DNA of 64,000 bases from Desulfatiglandales bacterium (lineage in GTDB: Bacteria > Desulfobacterota > DSM-4660 > Desulfatiglandales > Desulfatiglandaceae). Location of the stretch: the NCBI GenBank assembly GCA_963662465.1, contig OY759599.1, positions 2,400,001 through 2,464,000 of the forward strand, written 5' to 3'. The first letter of the stretch is position 1, and each line of letters starts with the position of its first letter. Positions 7,635-18,105 of the stretch are shown here, in pieces. A program made the translations under genes and the position numbers. The notes under the pieces were generated by a model, which was given only the letters and a program-made list of their open reading frames with translations, was not told where the DNA came from and did not search any database.

Positions 7635-10322
7635 TTAATGCGCCTCATCCCAGTTAAGCCCCTGATTAATATCCACTTTCAAAGGGACCCGCAACGGGTA
7701 AACCCCTTCCATTTCCTCCTTGATCATGGAAATGAGCGGGTCTGCCTCTTCCCTGGGCGCTTCCAGGACCAGTTCATCATGCACCTGAAGGATCATTTTC
7801 GCCTGGAAACGCTTTTCCGCCAGACGGTTGTGAATCTGAATCATGGCCTTTTTGATCAAATCCGCCGCCGTCCCCTGAATGGGGGTATTAACCGCCATTC
7901 GCTCCGCTTCCGATCGGATTCGATTGTTTGCGTGCGAGATATCCGGAAGATAACGCCTGCGATTAAAAAGGGTGGTAACATATCCCTTTTCAAGGGCAGT
8001 TTCAATGGCCTTTTCCTTATATTGTTTCACGCCCCGATACCGGTCATAATAGGCGTCAATATATTCCCTGGCAACCTTGGTGGAAATCCCCAACTGCTCG
8101 CTGAGTTTTTGGGGACCCATGCCATAAATAATGCCGAAATTAATGGCTTTGGCGATGCGTCGCATTTCAGGCGTCACCTCACCCTCTTCATTTCCCAGGA
8201 CCTCACGGGCGGTCCTGGCGTGGATATCTTCATCCTCTTTAAATGCCGCCATAAATGCGGGGTCCTCAGAATAATGGGCAAACACCCGAAGCTCGATCTG
8301 GCTGTAATCGGCCGCCACCAGAATGTTCCCCTTATCCGCCACAAACCCTTTTCGAATGGTCCGTCCTTCCTCACCCCGAATGGGAATATTCTGTAAATTG
8401 GGGTTGCTGCTGCTCAACCGACCCGTGGCGGCAACGGTCTGGTTAAACGAGGTGTGTACCCTTCCGGTTTGAGGATTCACCATTTTGACCAAGGCATCCA
8501 GATAGGTGGATTTCAGCTTGGCCAGTGACCTGAAACGGAGCAAATTCCCGGCAATTTCATAAGATTCGGAAAGTTTTTGAAGAACCTTTACATCTGTTGA
8601 ATAACGTTTGGTTTTAGCGGTCTTCTTTCCACCGGGAAGTTCCAGCGTTTCAAACAACACCGTTCCCAGCTGTTGCGGAGAATTGAGGTTGAATTTTACG
8701 CCGGCCTGTTCCCATATCCTTTGCTCCACCTGCTTTAACTCCACGGCAAAGGCAGCCGACATCTTCTCAAAAAGCGCCCCATCAATTTTGATGCCCGTCA
8801 TTTCCATATCCAGGAGCACCGGCAAAAGTTTCATCTCCAGGTCATGAAAAAGCGCTTCATTTTCTTCCGCCCTGATTTTTCCCTCCAGAATCTTCTTCAA
8901 TCGCAGGGTCATGTCCGCGTCTTCACAGGAATATTCACAGGCATTTTCCAGCGACACTTCCGCGAAACCGTGCGTATTCTTTCCCTTTCCCACCACATCC
9001 TGGTAGGAAATCATCTTATGGTTCAGGTAGCGCTGGGAAAGCGCGTCCAGGTTATGCTGTCTGAGACCGGGATCGATCACGTAGGATGCAATCATGGTGT
9101 CAAAAGAAATGCCTTTCAGCGTCACGCCATGACGTTTCAATATGCAGGCATCATATTTGATGTTCTGCCCCACCTTAAGGATGGCATCATTTTCCAATAC
9201 CCCTTTTAAAGCATCCCGGGCATCCAACCAGGGAACCTGTTCGGGAACGCCCAGGTAGTGGTGTCTCAGGGGAATGTAGACCCCCTCCCCTTCTTTCAAA
9301 CTGAAGGAAATACCCACCAGGTCAGCCGCCATGGGGTCCGTGCCGGTGGTTTCCGTATCGATGGAAACCAGGCCCGCGGTCTTAATACGGTCTGCAAGGG
9401 TTTTCACATCCCCCATGGTCAAGCATAATTCATACTCCTGGGAAAGCACTTCTTCCCGGAATGCAAACCGATCCCATAAATCGCGAAACTCCAGTTCCCT
9501 GAAAATATCGGCCAGGGCCTCCCGGCTGGGTTCGCCAACCTTGAAGTTACCCATATCCGTGGAGATGGGAACGAATTGGTCGATGGTCACCAGCTTTCGA
9601 CTCAACAAGGCCATCTCCCGCGATGCGCCCAGATTTTCCTTCAGCTTCTTTTTTTTAATCTCATCCAGGCGCTCAAAAACCCCTTCGAAGGATCCGTATT
9701 CTTGAACCAGCACCACCGCGGTCTTTTCTCCCACGCGGGGGACTCCGGGGATATTGTCCGATGTATCGCCCGACAGTCCCATGACATCGATAAATTTTTC
9801 CGGCTCAAACCCATAGGCGTCCTTCAGGGAATCATAGTCGGTGACTTTGTCCTTCATGGTATCCCACATGGATACCGAGGGACTAATCAACTGCCTGAAA
9901 TCCTTGTCGCCGGATATTACCACCACGCTGAAACCTTCAGCCGCACCCACCCGCGCCAGGGTCCCAATAATGTCATCCGCTTCGTAACCGCTTTGCTCCA
10001 GCATGGCAACGCCAAGGTTTTTCACCACATCCTTGATGAAAGGCAGTTGCACCACCATGTCCTCTGGCATGGGAGGACGGTTGGCTTTATAATCCTCATA
10101 GATTTCATGCCTGAAAGTCGGGCCTTTGGTATCAAAAACAACGGCCAGATATTCGGGTTTCCTGTCCACCAGAAGCTTGAGGATCATCTGTGTAAACCCG
10201 AAAACCGCATTGGTAGGAAACCCCTTGGTATTGGCCAGGTTCCTTATGGCATGGTACGCACGGTGAATATACGAACTGCCATCCAGTAAATAGAGTGTTT
10301 CGCTGTTTTTTCTCATGGTCAT
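7635..10322 (-). CDS. polA: DNA polymerase I (5'-3' exonuclease, 3'-5' exonuclease and polymerase domains)
   Basis: LLDGSSYIHRAYHA, DTETTG, TGRLSSSNPNLQNIP, ADYSQIELR, AKAINFGIIYG and LQVHDEL. Confidence 0.98.
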   Translation of the reverse strand: MTMRKNSETLYLLDGSSYIHRAYHAIRNLANTKGFPTNAVFGFTQMILKLLVDRKPEYLAVVFDTKGPTFRHEIYEDYKANRPPMPEDMVVQLPFIKDVVKNLGVAMLEQSGYEADDIIGTLARVGAAEGFSVVVISGDKDFRQLISPSVSMWDTMKDKVTDYDSLKDAYGFEPEKFIDVMGLSGDTSDNIPGVPRVGEKTAVVLVQEYGSFEGVFERLDEIKKKKLKENLGASREMALLSRKLVTIDQFVPISTDMGNFKVGEPSREALADIFRELEFRDLWDRFAFREEVLSQEYELCLTMGDVKTLADRIKTAGLVSIDTETTGTDPMAADLVGISFSLKEGEGVYIPLRHHYLGVPEQVPWLDARDALKGVLENDAILKVGQNIKYDACILKRHGVTLKGISFDTMIASYVIDPGLRQHNLDALSQRYLNHKMISYQDVVGKGKNTHGFAEVSLENACEYSCEDADMTLRLKKILEGKIRAEENEALFHDLEMKLLPVLLDMEMTGIKIDGALFEKMSAAFAVELKQVEQRIWEQAGVKFNLNSPQQLGTVLFETLELPGGKKTAKTKRYSTDVKVLQKLSESYEIAGNLLRFRSLAKLKSTYLDALVKMVNPQTGRVHTSFNQTVAATGRLSSSNPNLQNIPIRGEEGRTIRKGFVADKGNILVAADYSQIELRVFAHYSEDPAFMAAFKEDEDIHARTAREVLGNEEGEVTPEMRRIAKAINFGIIYGMGPQKLSEQLGISTKVAREYIDAYYDRYRGVKQYKEKAIETALEKGYVTTLFNRRRYLPDISHANNRIRSEAERMAVNTPIQGTAADLIKKAMIQIHNRLAEKRFQAKMILQVHDELVLEAPREEADPLISMIKEEMEGVYPLRVPLKVDINQGLNWDEAH

Positions 10323-10443
10323 ATTATATTCAAATACGCTCGAAACCGCAAAGGACTAATTACCGCATATTGGGAAACGTCCCAAATCCAAGCGGTTCAG
10401 CCTCCTCATGATAATACCGATGTTTGATTGTTTTCAGGGAGGG

Positions 10444-10472
10444 ATAATGCACTAAAATGACACATGTGTCAA
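10444..10472 (-). promoter_or_regulatory. Candidate sigma70 promoter for polA (TTGACA-N17-CATTAT) overlapped by a perfect 14-bp palindrome
   Basis: Minus-strand hexamers with 17-bp spacing; TGACACATGTGTCA at 10458-10471. Confidence 0.55.
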
Positions 10473-10847
10473 AAATTACCTACCTGAAAAAGTAAATATT
10501 TTGTCCAGCTTCCGTTCCAGGAACAGATCACAACCTATATCTATTTGATATGTTTATACTTTATTAAACTGAGAGAATATTTTACATTTCTCGCATAATT
10601 TTTGCACTAAGCTCATGGAAAATAAACCAAAACCGAGGTGGAGATAATGATGGCTGTCATTCTCGATATTATTTTTCTTATGAGCGGTTTTTAATTGACA
10701 TAAAGAGATTTTAAAGCAACAATACCTTGCTCTGATATATAGTGAAAGAGTATCTAGCCACGTCTCATAAATCGCCATATGTGATATCCCGCAAATGGAA
10801 ACGTAGATGAGAATGAGTCGGACCACTCGCAAACGGGGAAAAATGAC

Positions 10848-11252
10848 ATGTCGGATCATCTGAAAAAAGAACCTGTCCAACCCAGCATACTGGTCATTGA
10901 CGACGATGAAACCATTCGCCTGTTGTTCCGGGCCATTCTGGAGCGGGAGGGCTACCGGGTGGTGGATGCCCCCGACGGGAATGTGGGGATCAAACAGTAC
11001 CGGAAAAATCCCACTGACATGGTCATCACGGACCTCATCATGCCCAACAAGGAGGGCATCGAAACCATCCGCGACCTTCGACGGGAATTCCCGAATGTCA
11101 AGATTATCGCCGTTTCAGGAGGCGGTCGAATCGGACCGGATTCTTACCTGAAAATGGCCAAGGGCGTGGGCGCATTACGCACCCTAATCAAACCCATTGA
11201 CCGAACGGCGTTGTTAAAAACCATTGAAGAGGTTCTTAAAATGGATGGGTAA
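10848..11252 (+). CDS. Single-domain response regulator (receiver only)
   Basis: ILVIDDD, ITDLIMP (phospho-Asp), VSGG and IKP. Confidence 0.92.
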   Translation: MSDHLKKEPVQPSILVIDDDETIRLLFRAILEREGYRVVDAPDGNVGIKQYRKNPTDMVITDLIMPNKEGIETIRDLRREFPNVKIIAVSGGGRIGPDSYLKMAKGVGALRTLIKPIDRTALLKTIEEVLKMDG

Positions 11253-11269
11253 GCCAAGCGCTTACCCAT
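11245..11269. terminator. Hairpin between convergent genes, possibly a bidirectional terminator
   Basis: ATGGGTAAGC / GCTTACCCAT perfect 10-bp stem with a 5-nt loop; U-tracts are weak. Confidence 0.5.
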
Positions 11270-11278
11270 TGAGGGTCC

Positions 11279-11956
11279 CTATGCCGGCAGCATAATCCGC
11301 GCATCTCCCACAATGCAGGCTTCCGTTGAACAAAAAACCGGATTTAAATCAACAGACATGAATTTCTCGCCAAGGGCCATAATCAATCCGGAAAAGGCCA
11401 TCAATAAACGGATCAAGGCCTCCATATTGATGACTTCCGTTCCCCTGTATCCCTCGAACAAGCGATGGGCCTTCAGGCCCCTGACCATGGATTCCACATC
11501 TTCGGGCAGGATCGGCGCCATCCTCAAAGAGACGTCCTGGTAAATCTCTACCCCCGTCCCCCCAACGCCCAGAAGAATGACCGGGCCGAACTGATAATCA
11601 ATTTTGGCCCCGATAATCAACTCCATCCCCTGAAGGGTCTCCTCCACCAGAACACCTTGGAAATCGTCAACGGCACTGAATCGATGAAATGCTTCCGCCA
11701 GGGAAATCTTATTTTCAACATTCAGGGCCACCCCTTTGGCTTCCGTTTTGTGAATCACACCCGGTGAAACCACTTTGGCAACCACCGGATATCCGTTTTG
11801 TTCAGCAAATTCGATGGCTTCGTCCGGCGTCTTCGCCCATTTAAACCGGGGAACGGATATGCCCGAAAGGGCCAGTAAACGCTTGGCTTCCGGTTCCAAA
11901 ACCCACCCCCATGTTTTGGATTTCGACAGTATCTCAAAAATTTCCGGGTTCAACAT
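11279..11956 (-). CDS. ADP-forming acyl/acetyl-CoA synthetase, beta (ATP-grasp) subunit
   Basis: EPEAKRLL, GYPVVAKVVSP..IHKTE, FGPVILLG.GG and DLNPV. Confidence 0.88.
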   Translation of the reverse strand: MLNPEIFEILSKSKTWGWVLEPEAKRLLALSGISVPRFKWAKTPDEAIEFAEQNGYPVVAKVVSPGVIHKTEAKGVALNVENKISLAEAFHRFSAVDDFQGVLVEETLQGMELIIGAKIDYQFGPVILLGVGGTGVEIYQDVSLRMAPILPEDVESMVRGLKAHRLFEGYRGTEVINMEALIRLLMAFSGLIMALGEKFMSVDLNPVFCSTEACIVGDARIMLPA

Positions 11957-13317
11957 GTTCGCCTCCTCAGCGCCTTGGCCATGAGCACCACACCCTCAAT
12001 GGCCGGAGACACCGGAATATGATTCTGCTCAAATCCTTCGATCAGCATACGATATCGTTCCAGGTTCGGGACATAAGCCACCATGGGTTTTCTTTCCTTG
12101 AGGTAAACCTCGCTCAACCTGGCGCCCAAATCGGAAGTGGTCCCAGGTGAGTATGGCAATATCAGCACTACGATACAATCCACTTCGGACGTTCGGCTTA
12201 AACACTCGGCGGCCGCCACAAAATCATCATCAACGGCGCTTCCCGTAAGGTCCACCGGGTTGCCTGTTGCCGCAATGGCCTGAACACTTGGCGACAATGC
12301 CTGCTTGAGGGCTTCCTGGATTTGTTTCGATAACACCGGCGCCTCAAGCCCGTGGGAACTGCATAAATCCACCGTCAAAGCACCATGACCACCGCTGCCC
12401 GTGATAATGCCGACCTTGCCGGCAATGGTTTCCCGGTAACAGCTCAGCGCCTCGCAAAAGGAAACCACTTCAAACTGAGTCCTGGCCTCAAGCACGCCGA
12501 ACTGCGACATCACCTGGGAAAAAACCGCATAATCGCCGGCCAGGGAAGCCGTATGGCTGGAAACGGCCCGCCCCCCTTCCGGGCTTCTGCCGGATTTTAA
12601 GGCCACAATCGCCTTTGGGCAATGGCATGCCGCTTCCGCAAACGCCCTGCCCCCATTTTTCTTAAACCCTTCAAGGTAGAACGCAATGGCATCCGTCCCC
12701 TTATCTTCACTCAAATACGCCAGCAGCGCCACCTCGTCCACCAGGGCTTTATTGCCGATGCTGACGGCCACCGACAGTCCCACCCCTTCACCGGCAAAAT
12801 TGACCATCTGGTCCACCAGAACGCCCCCACTCTGGCTGACAAGCGCCACATTGCCCGGATCAGGCCGCACAGTCCGTTCCCCGGGGAGAAAAAAAGTATC
12901 CACCCGTCCGGGAGAAAAGATGCCGAGACAATTGGGACCCACAAAGGGGAAATCCGCTTTTACCGCCATATCCACCAGGCGGTCCTGCAGATCCTGTCGG
13001 CCCACCTCCGCAAACCCTCCGGAGATCACCACGGCGCCGCCGACCCCGGCCGAAATACATTGGGCCAAAGTATCCGGCACCAGTTCGGCCCGTACGGCAA
13101 TCACCACCAGGTCTACAGTTTCGGGAATATCCGCTAAACATTCATAGACCCTGTCGCCCTGTAACATGCCCCCCTTGGGATTAACGGCAAAAACCCTTAC
13201 GGGATAACGCAATCGATTCTTCCGATATATAATGTTGGCGGGGTGCCGGTCGTTATGAAGCGATACCCCGACCACCACCATACTCTCCGGCTCAAACAGT
13301 CGTTTATAATTCATCAA
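11950..13317 (-). CDS. ADP-forming acyl/acetyl-CoA synthetase, alpha (CoA-binding) subunit
   Basis: ISGGFAE, GPNCLG, SQSGG, SHTASLAG (catalytic His) and NPVDLTG; stop overlaps the beta-subunit start. Confidence 0.88.
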   Translation of the reverse strand: MMNYKRLFEPESMVVVGVSLHNDRHPANIIYRKNRLRYPVRVFAVNPKGGMLQGDRVYECLADIPETVDLVVIAVRAELVPDTLAQCISAGVGGAVVISGGFAEVGRQDLQDRLVDMAVKADFPFVGPNCLGIFSPGRVDTFFLPGERTVRPDPGNVALVSQSGGVLVDQMVNFAGEGVGLSVAVSIGNKALVDEVALLAYLSEDKGTDAIAFYLEGFKKNGGRAFAEAACHCPKAIVALKSGRSPEGGRAVSSHTASLAGDYAVFSQVMSQFGVLEARTQFEVVSFCEALSCYRETIAGKVGIITGSGGHGALTVDLCSSHGLEAPVLSKQIQEALKQALSPSVQAIAATGNPVDLTGSAVDDDFVAAAECLSRTSEVDCIVVLILPYSPGTTSDLGARLSEVYLKERKPMVAYVPNLERYRMLIEGFEQNHIPVSPAIEGVVLMAKALRRRTC

Positions 13318-13363
13318 CCCCTCCTGAAAAAATTCCGATGATTGTTTGTTTTAAATAGGACCA

Positions 13364-13900
13364 TCAATCCTGAATAACCTTTTTCTTCCTCCGAACCCAA
13401 TACCATCTCACGAAAATAACCGATAACGGGCAAACCACAAAAAGAATATCATCCCATATATTTGGAGAAAAGTCAGGCATAAAATAGTAGATGATCCCAC
13501 CCAGAAGCAGGCTTGTCCGAAGTACTCTGCCATATCCCATAAAGGTGAAAATTCTCAAAAGCGTCAGAACGCAGAAAGACCAGAAGAAAAAAAGGAGGAG
13601 ATTCCCCAGCCGTACATACCCGGGCGGCATCAAATCGGACAATGCCCGGATAACTTGATCATAAGGACTGCTCTTTTGGGTCATTCGGATTTTTATCACC
13701 TGACCTATGGTGATTTTTTCATCAATATGTGTCCCGGCCGGAATCAGAAAATCCAGGGTCAGGGCTGTCCCTTTTTGATGAAGCGCGTCGTTGGCGGACC
13801 TGAAGGGGATTTGAAGCATCTTTTGCCCAAAGAAAAATACCCCGCCGCAAACGGAAACCGCCACCCATAAAATAATGAGTTGAAAAATAACTCTTTTCAT
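13364..13900 (-). CDS. Hypothetical membrane protein
   Basis: One N-terminal and about three C-terminal hydrophobic segments; start placed at ATG 13900 (MKRVIFQ). Confidence 0.65.
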   Translation of the reverse strand: MKRVIFQLIILWVAVSVCGGVFFFGQKMLQIPFRSANDALHQKGTALTLDFLIPAGTHIDEKITIGQVIKIRMTQKSSPYDQVIRALSDLMPPGYVRLGNLLLFFFWSFCVLTLLRIFTFMGYGRVLRTSLLLGGIIYYFMPDFSPNIWDDILFVVCPLSVIFVRWYWVRRKKKVIQD

Positions 13901-14182
13901 GATCACCCATATGTCAAAACAGGATTTTTCATACCGACAATCCGGTTTCACTTTGACACAAGGAGCGACGGCTGTCAATTACCAGGCGTGGAAATCAACC
14001 ATATCATGAGAATTATGGGCACAGCCAAGAATCGCTTGCAATTTCCCGGTTGAAAAGCATATCATGCGCGCGTTGGCATGTGTTCGTAACGCAGTTTTAA
14101 GTTTTAAGTTATGCTGTCAATGAATTTCTTGTTTTTTGTGACAGATTTTTAGAAAATAAGGCACTAACCAGAGTAACAAAGC

Positions 14183-16105
14183 ATGCTCCCTTCAAAAAGC
14201 GGTTTATCAGAGAATAAGCTTCCCGAAAATTCCGGAGATGCCAAACCTGATAGACGTCTGGGTCAAATTGCGTCTATTTTAGTCCAGGAAGGACGTCTGA
14301 CGGATAAGCAACTTGCCTATGCCCTCAGGATACAATCCAAACTCGAAACCCCCCGGATATTGCTGGAGGTCTTAAAAGAACTCAAGTATCTCACGGATGA
14401 TCAGATCACAAATACCATCCGGCGGAACTTCAGTTCTTTCCGAATCGGAGATCTTCTGGTTGAACTGGGCCATATCAATGAATTACAACTCAAGACCTGT
14501 TTGGAAAGCCAGGCAAAAGAAACGCCCAAGCGGAAGTTGGGCGAAGTTCTGGTCTCCCACAATTTTATCAGGGAGCAAGACTTCCTGGAAATACTCTCCG
14601 TCCAGCTGGGAGTTCCCCTGGTGGAAGTAGAGTTTGCCGATATTGACCCGAATCTCATTTCCAGCGCCCGCACCAGACTGTTCAGGGAATTCATATTCCT
14701 TCCCATCCGAAGGGAAGGAGACCGAATCCTAATCGCCTTTGCCGATCCAGCCAACAAACGGGCCATCAACGAAGCCAAAAAACTTTTTGAATGCGACGTA
14801 ATCCCCGGGATCGCCGGAGAAAAATCCATCTTAAAGGTGATTGATCAGTTCCGAGCCGAAAAACAGTCTTTAACGTCTGCGCAAAAGACCGACCTTTCCG
14901 TAACCGAGATTGTGAACGCCATCATTCTGGAAGCCATTTCCCGCGGCGCCAGCGACATTCATATCGAACCCATGACGGACAGACTCAGGATACGCTTTCG
15001 CCAAGATGGCGTTTTGATTCACTACAAGGACTTTCCGCGTGAAATCATACCGCCCCTCACCAGCCGCATAAAGATCATGTGTAAAGCGGATATTGCCGAA
15101 AAACGCCGGCACCAGGGAGGCCGCATCGATTTTAACGCTTCCGGAGAGGAAGTGGACCTCCGGGTTTCGTTTTATGTGACGGTGCATGGCGAAAAAATCG
15201 TCATGCGTCTTTTAAGACGGCAGGCGCATCTCCTGAATATCGAAGATATCGGGATGCCCACCCGGATGTTGACCCGGTTCAGGGACGAGGCCCTGGATTG
15301 CCCGAGCGGCGTCGTTTTGGTGACGGGGCCCACGGGCTCCGGAAAGACCACCACAGTCTACAGTTGCATCAACTATCTCAACAGACCCGATGTGAGCATC
15401 ATCACCGCAGAAGAACCAGTCGAATACGTGGTTGACGGGATCGCACAGTGTTCCATCGATCCAAAAATCAACCTAACATTTGAGGAAACCTTGAGACACA
15501 TCGTCAGGCAAGACCCTGACGTGGTCGTCATCGGGGAAATCAGAGACACTTTTTCAGCCCAGGTAGCAGTACAGGCGGCCTTGACCGGCCATAAGGTGCT
15601 GACGACGTTTCACACCGAGGACAGTATCGGGGGCCTGGTCAGGCTGATGAACATGGAGGTGGATGTTTTTTTGATTTCATCCACGGTCGTGTGCGTGCTG
15701 GCCCAAAGGCTTCTTAGAAAAGTATGCCCCGCCTGCAAAATGCCCTATCAAGTTACACCGGCGGATCTTCGCATACTGGGCTACACCCCCAAGGACATTC
15801 AAAACGGAAATTTTCAAAAGGGCTTCGGGTGCAGCGAATGCGCGTACACCGGTTACAAAGGGCGTATCGCCGTTCACGAAATGCTGATTCTGGATGAAGC
15901 CGTTCGGGATGCCATTCTTGAAAAAAAAACAAGCTATCAAATTCGAAAGATCGGCATAGAGTCCACCGGCCTCGTGACCCTCATGGAAACCGGTATTGCA
16001 TTGGCAGGGACCGGAACCACCACCCTCCAGGAAGTCGTCAGATGCCTGCCAAGGCTGCATAAACCGAGATCTTTGCCCATACTCCAAACACTCCTGGGAT
16101 TATAG
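14183..16105 (+). CDS. GspE/PilB-family secretion ATPase with tandem N-terminal MshEN-like motifs
   Basis: ASDIHIEP, Walker A GPTGSGKT, Walker B DPDVVVIGEIRD, CPAC/CSEC zinc motif, and RIGDLLVELGHI plus KLGEVLV MshEN halves. Confidence 0.92.
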   Translation: MLPSKSGLSENKLPENSGDAKPDRRLGQIASILVQEGRLTDKQLAYALRIQSKLETPRILLEVLKELKYLTDDQITNTIRRNFSSFRIGDLLVELGHINELQLKTCLESQAKETPKRKLGEVLVSHNFIREQDFLEILSVQLGVPLVEVEFADIDPNLISSARTRLFREFIFLPIRREGDRILIAFADPANKRAINEAKKLFECDVIPGIAGEKSILKVIDQFRAEKQSLTSAQKTDLSVTEIVNAIILEAISRGASDIHIEPMTDRLRIRFRQDGVLIHYKDFPREIIPPLTSRIKIMCKADIAEKRRHQGGRIDFNASGEEVDLRVSFYVTVHGEKIVMRLLRRQAHLLNIEDIGMPTRMLTRFRDEALDCPSGVVLVTGPTGSGKTTTVYSCINYLNRPDVSIITAEEPVEYVVDGIAQCSIDPKINLTFEETLRHIVRQDPDVVVIGEIRDTFSAQVAVQAALTGHKVLTTFHTEDSIGGLVRLMNMEVDVFLISSTVVCVLAQRLLRKVCPACKMPYQVTPADLRILGYTPKDIQNGNFQKGFGCSECAYTGYKGRIAVHEMLILDEAVRDAILEKKTSYQIRKIGIESTGLVTLMETGIALAGTGTTTLQEVVRCLPRLHKPRSLPILQTLLGL

Positions 16106-16107
16106 AG

Positions 16108-16950
16108 ATGAAACAAGCCGAATCATTAATCGAAATAGCCGATGAATTCATGGACAGCGATAAGACCGTGCTTCTCCCATTCGACAAAAACGCCCTTCGC
16201 ATTCAGCAGGAGATCGGCAAGGAAGAACCGGACACCCGGTTGGTGGAAAAACTGATCGTATCCGACCCCGCCCTTACGAGTCAGGTTTTGCGAATGGCCA
16301 ATTCCGCTTTTTACCGGGGACTAACCAAGATCTCCACTGTCCACAACGCCTTGATCCGCATCGGGATCTCGGAAATCGCCAACATTGTGACCCTTGTGAC
16401 ACATAACAAAAATTTCCATTCAAAAAATCCCGAGGAACGTGAAATCCTGGCAAAACTTTGGACCCACTCGGTGGGTTGCGCCATCGGGAGCCAATGGCTC
16501 GCCCTGAGGCGCGGACTGAGGGACCTCTGCCATGAAGCGTTTATTGCGGGCCTGCTGCATGATGTGGGAAAACTCTTTCTCATCACGACGATTGATACCA
16601 TCATTGCCTCGGGAAGAATCGCTTCTCGCCCCCCACCGGAACTGATTGAAGAATTAATGAACAGCATGCATACGAAATATGGCCATTCTCTCCTGAAAAA
16701 CTGGAACCTGCCCGAAGCCTATTGCGAGATAGCGCTCAGACACCATGAGGAAGAGTACGGAGACGACGAAATCCTGTTGCTGCTGGTGAAATTAGGGAAT
16801 TGCGCCTGTAATAAAATGGGCATTGGATTACACGAAGACCCCACGCTTTTGCTGGCGGCCACACCCGAAGCCCATGCCCTTGGCCTGTCCGAAGTGGCCC
16901 TCGCGGAGCTGGAAATTAAGCTGGAGGACTCGCTTAAACTTGCCGTCTGA
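16108..16950 (+). CDS. HDOD domain protein
   Basis: DPALTSQVLRMANSAFY, LWTHS, GLLHDVGK and WNLP; starts 2 bp after the ATPase stop. Confidence 0.92.
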   Translation: MKQAESLIEIADEFMDSDKTVLLPFDKNALRIQQEIGKEEPDTRLVEKLIVSDPALTSQVLRMANSAFYRGLTKISTVHNALIRIGISEIANIVTLVTHNKNFHSKNPEEREILAKLWTHSVGCAIGSQWLALRRGLRDLCHEAFIAGLLHDVGKLFLITTIDTIIASGRIASRPPPELIEELMNSMHTKYGHSLLKNWNLPEAYCEIALRHHEEEYGDDEILLLLVKLGNCACNKMGIGLHEDPTLLLAATPEAHALGLSEVALAELEIKLEDSLKLAV

Positions 16951-16974
16951 AACCGGCAAAGGAGAAAGATATCA

Positions 16975-18006
16975 ATGGAACATCTTCAGAAATACAACTT
17001 TGAAACCGGTGTTTATCGCCCCCCCAGCGAAGGCGGCACATCGCTGCTGGTCCGATTTACCCGCAACTGCCCCTGGAACCATTGCACCTTCTGCGGGATG
17101 TATAAGGGTGAAAAATTTCAACTGCGACCCCTTGATGACATCAAAGCGGACATCGACGCCATCTCGTTACTGGCCCACGACCTGAAGGAACTGTCGCTGA
17201 AAACAAGCAAAGACCCTGAAATAAACCATGAGGCGGCTGTCATGTTGATGCGGCGCGTTCCGGAACTCGAATACCACCAGGGATTTGTAATGGTCTACCA
17301 CTGGTTGTTGTCCGGCGGCAAAACAGCATTTCTGCAGGATGCCAACAGCTTGATCATGAAAACCGACACGCTGGTTGACGCACTGAAATACCTTCGCAAG
17401 ACTTTTCCCCACATTACCAGGGTCACCTCTTATGCCCGCTCAAAAACCCTGGCGCAAAAGAAACCGGAATCATTGCGGGCCATCCACGACGCCGGTCTGG
17501 ATCGGTTGCACCTGGGCCTTGAATCCGGAGACGAAGCGCTGCTGAAAATGATTAGAAAGGGCGCCACGCCCGAAACCCACATTGAGGGGGGACAAAAGGC
17601 CATGGAAGCGGGATTCCAGGTTTCCGAATACTGGATGCCGGGCCTGGGCGGCAAGGCTTGTTGGGAAAACCATGCCATCAACACAGCCCGCATACTCAAT
17701 GAAATTAATCCCCACTACATCCGATCCAGGCCCTTTCGATCCTGGCCCGGAACCCCGCTCCATCAAGCGATTATGGAAAAAAAGTTTCAGCCCCTGTCCC
17801 CTGAACAGCAACTGCGGGAGCTCAAATTAACCATGGAAACCTTGAATGTTTCATCCAAGGTGTGTTTTGATCATGCGGGCAATTATTGGAAAAACCACCG
17901 AGGCGGTTATCTCTTCAGCCACAGTTATGAGGGATACCAATTTCCGGAAGAAAAAAACCGGGTGCTGACACTGATTGAGGAGGGGCTGGAATGCCAACAC
18001 CCATAA
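16975..18006 (+). CDS. Radical SAM protein
   Basis: YRPPSE, CPWNHCTFC, FLQDANSL and GLESGD. Confidence 0.9.
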   Translation: MEHLQKYNFETGVYRPPSEGGTSLLVRFTRNCPWNHCTFCGMYKGEKFQLRPLDDIKADIDAISLLAHDLKELSLKTSKDPEINHEAAVMLMRRVPELEYHQGFVMVYHWLLSGGKTAFLQDANSLIMKTDTLVDALKYLRKTFPHITRVTSYARSKTLAQKKPESLRAIHDAGLDRLHLGLESGDEALLKMIRKGATPETHIEGGQKAMEAGFQVSEYWMPGLGGKACWENHAINTARILNEINPHYIRSRPFRSWPGTPLHQAIMEKKFQPLSPEQQLRELKLTMETLNVSSKVCFDHAGNYWKNHRGGYLFSHSYEGYQFPEEKNRVLTLIEEGLECQHP

Positions 18007-18105
18007 AATTGTGTTGATATTCATTCTAAAAGAGACCATATTATCACAGTAATGGTTTATAAAATCTATCGTTGATAAACGTCATCCACCTGGAGTGTTA
18101 TCGTC

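Noticed and set aside
10554..10880. 108-aa minus-strand ORF in the polA intergenic gap
   Set aside because: No recognisable motif, it overlaps the response regulator start, and its composition looks like AT-rich non-coding sequence.
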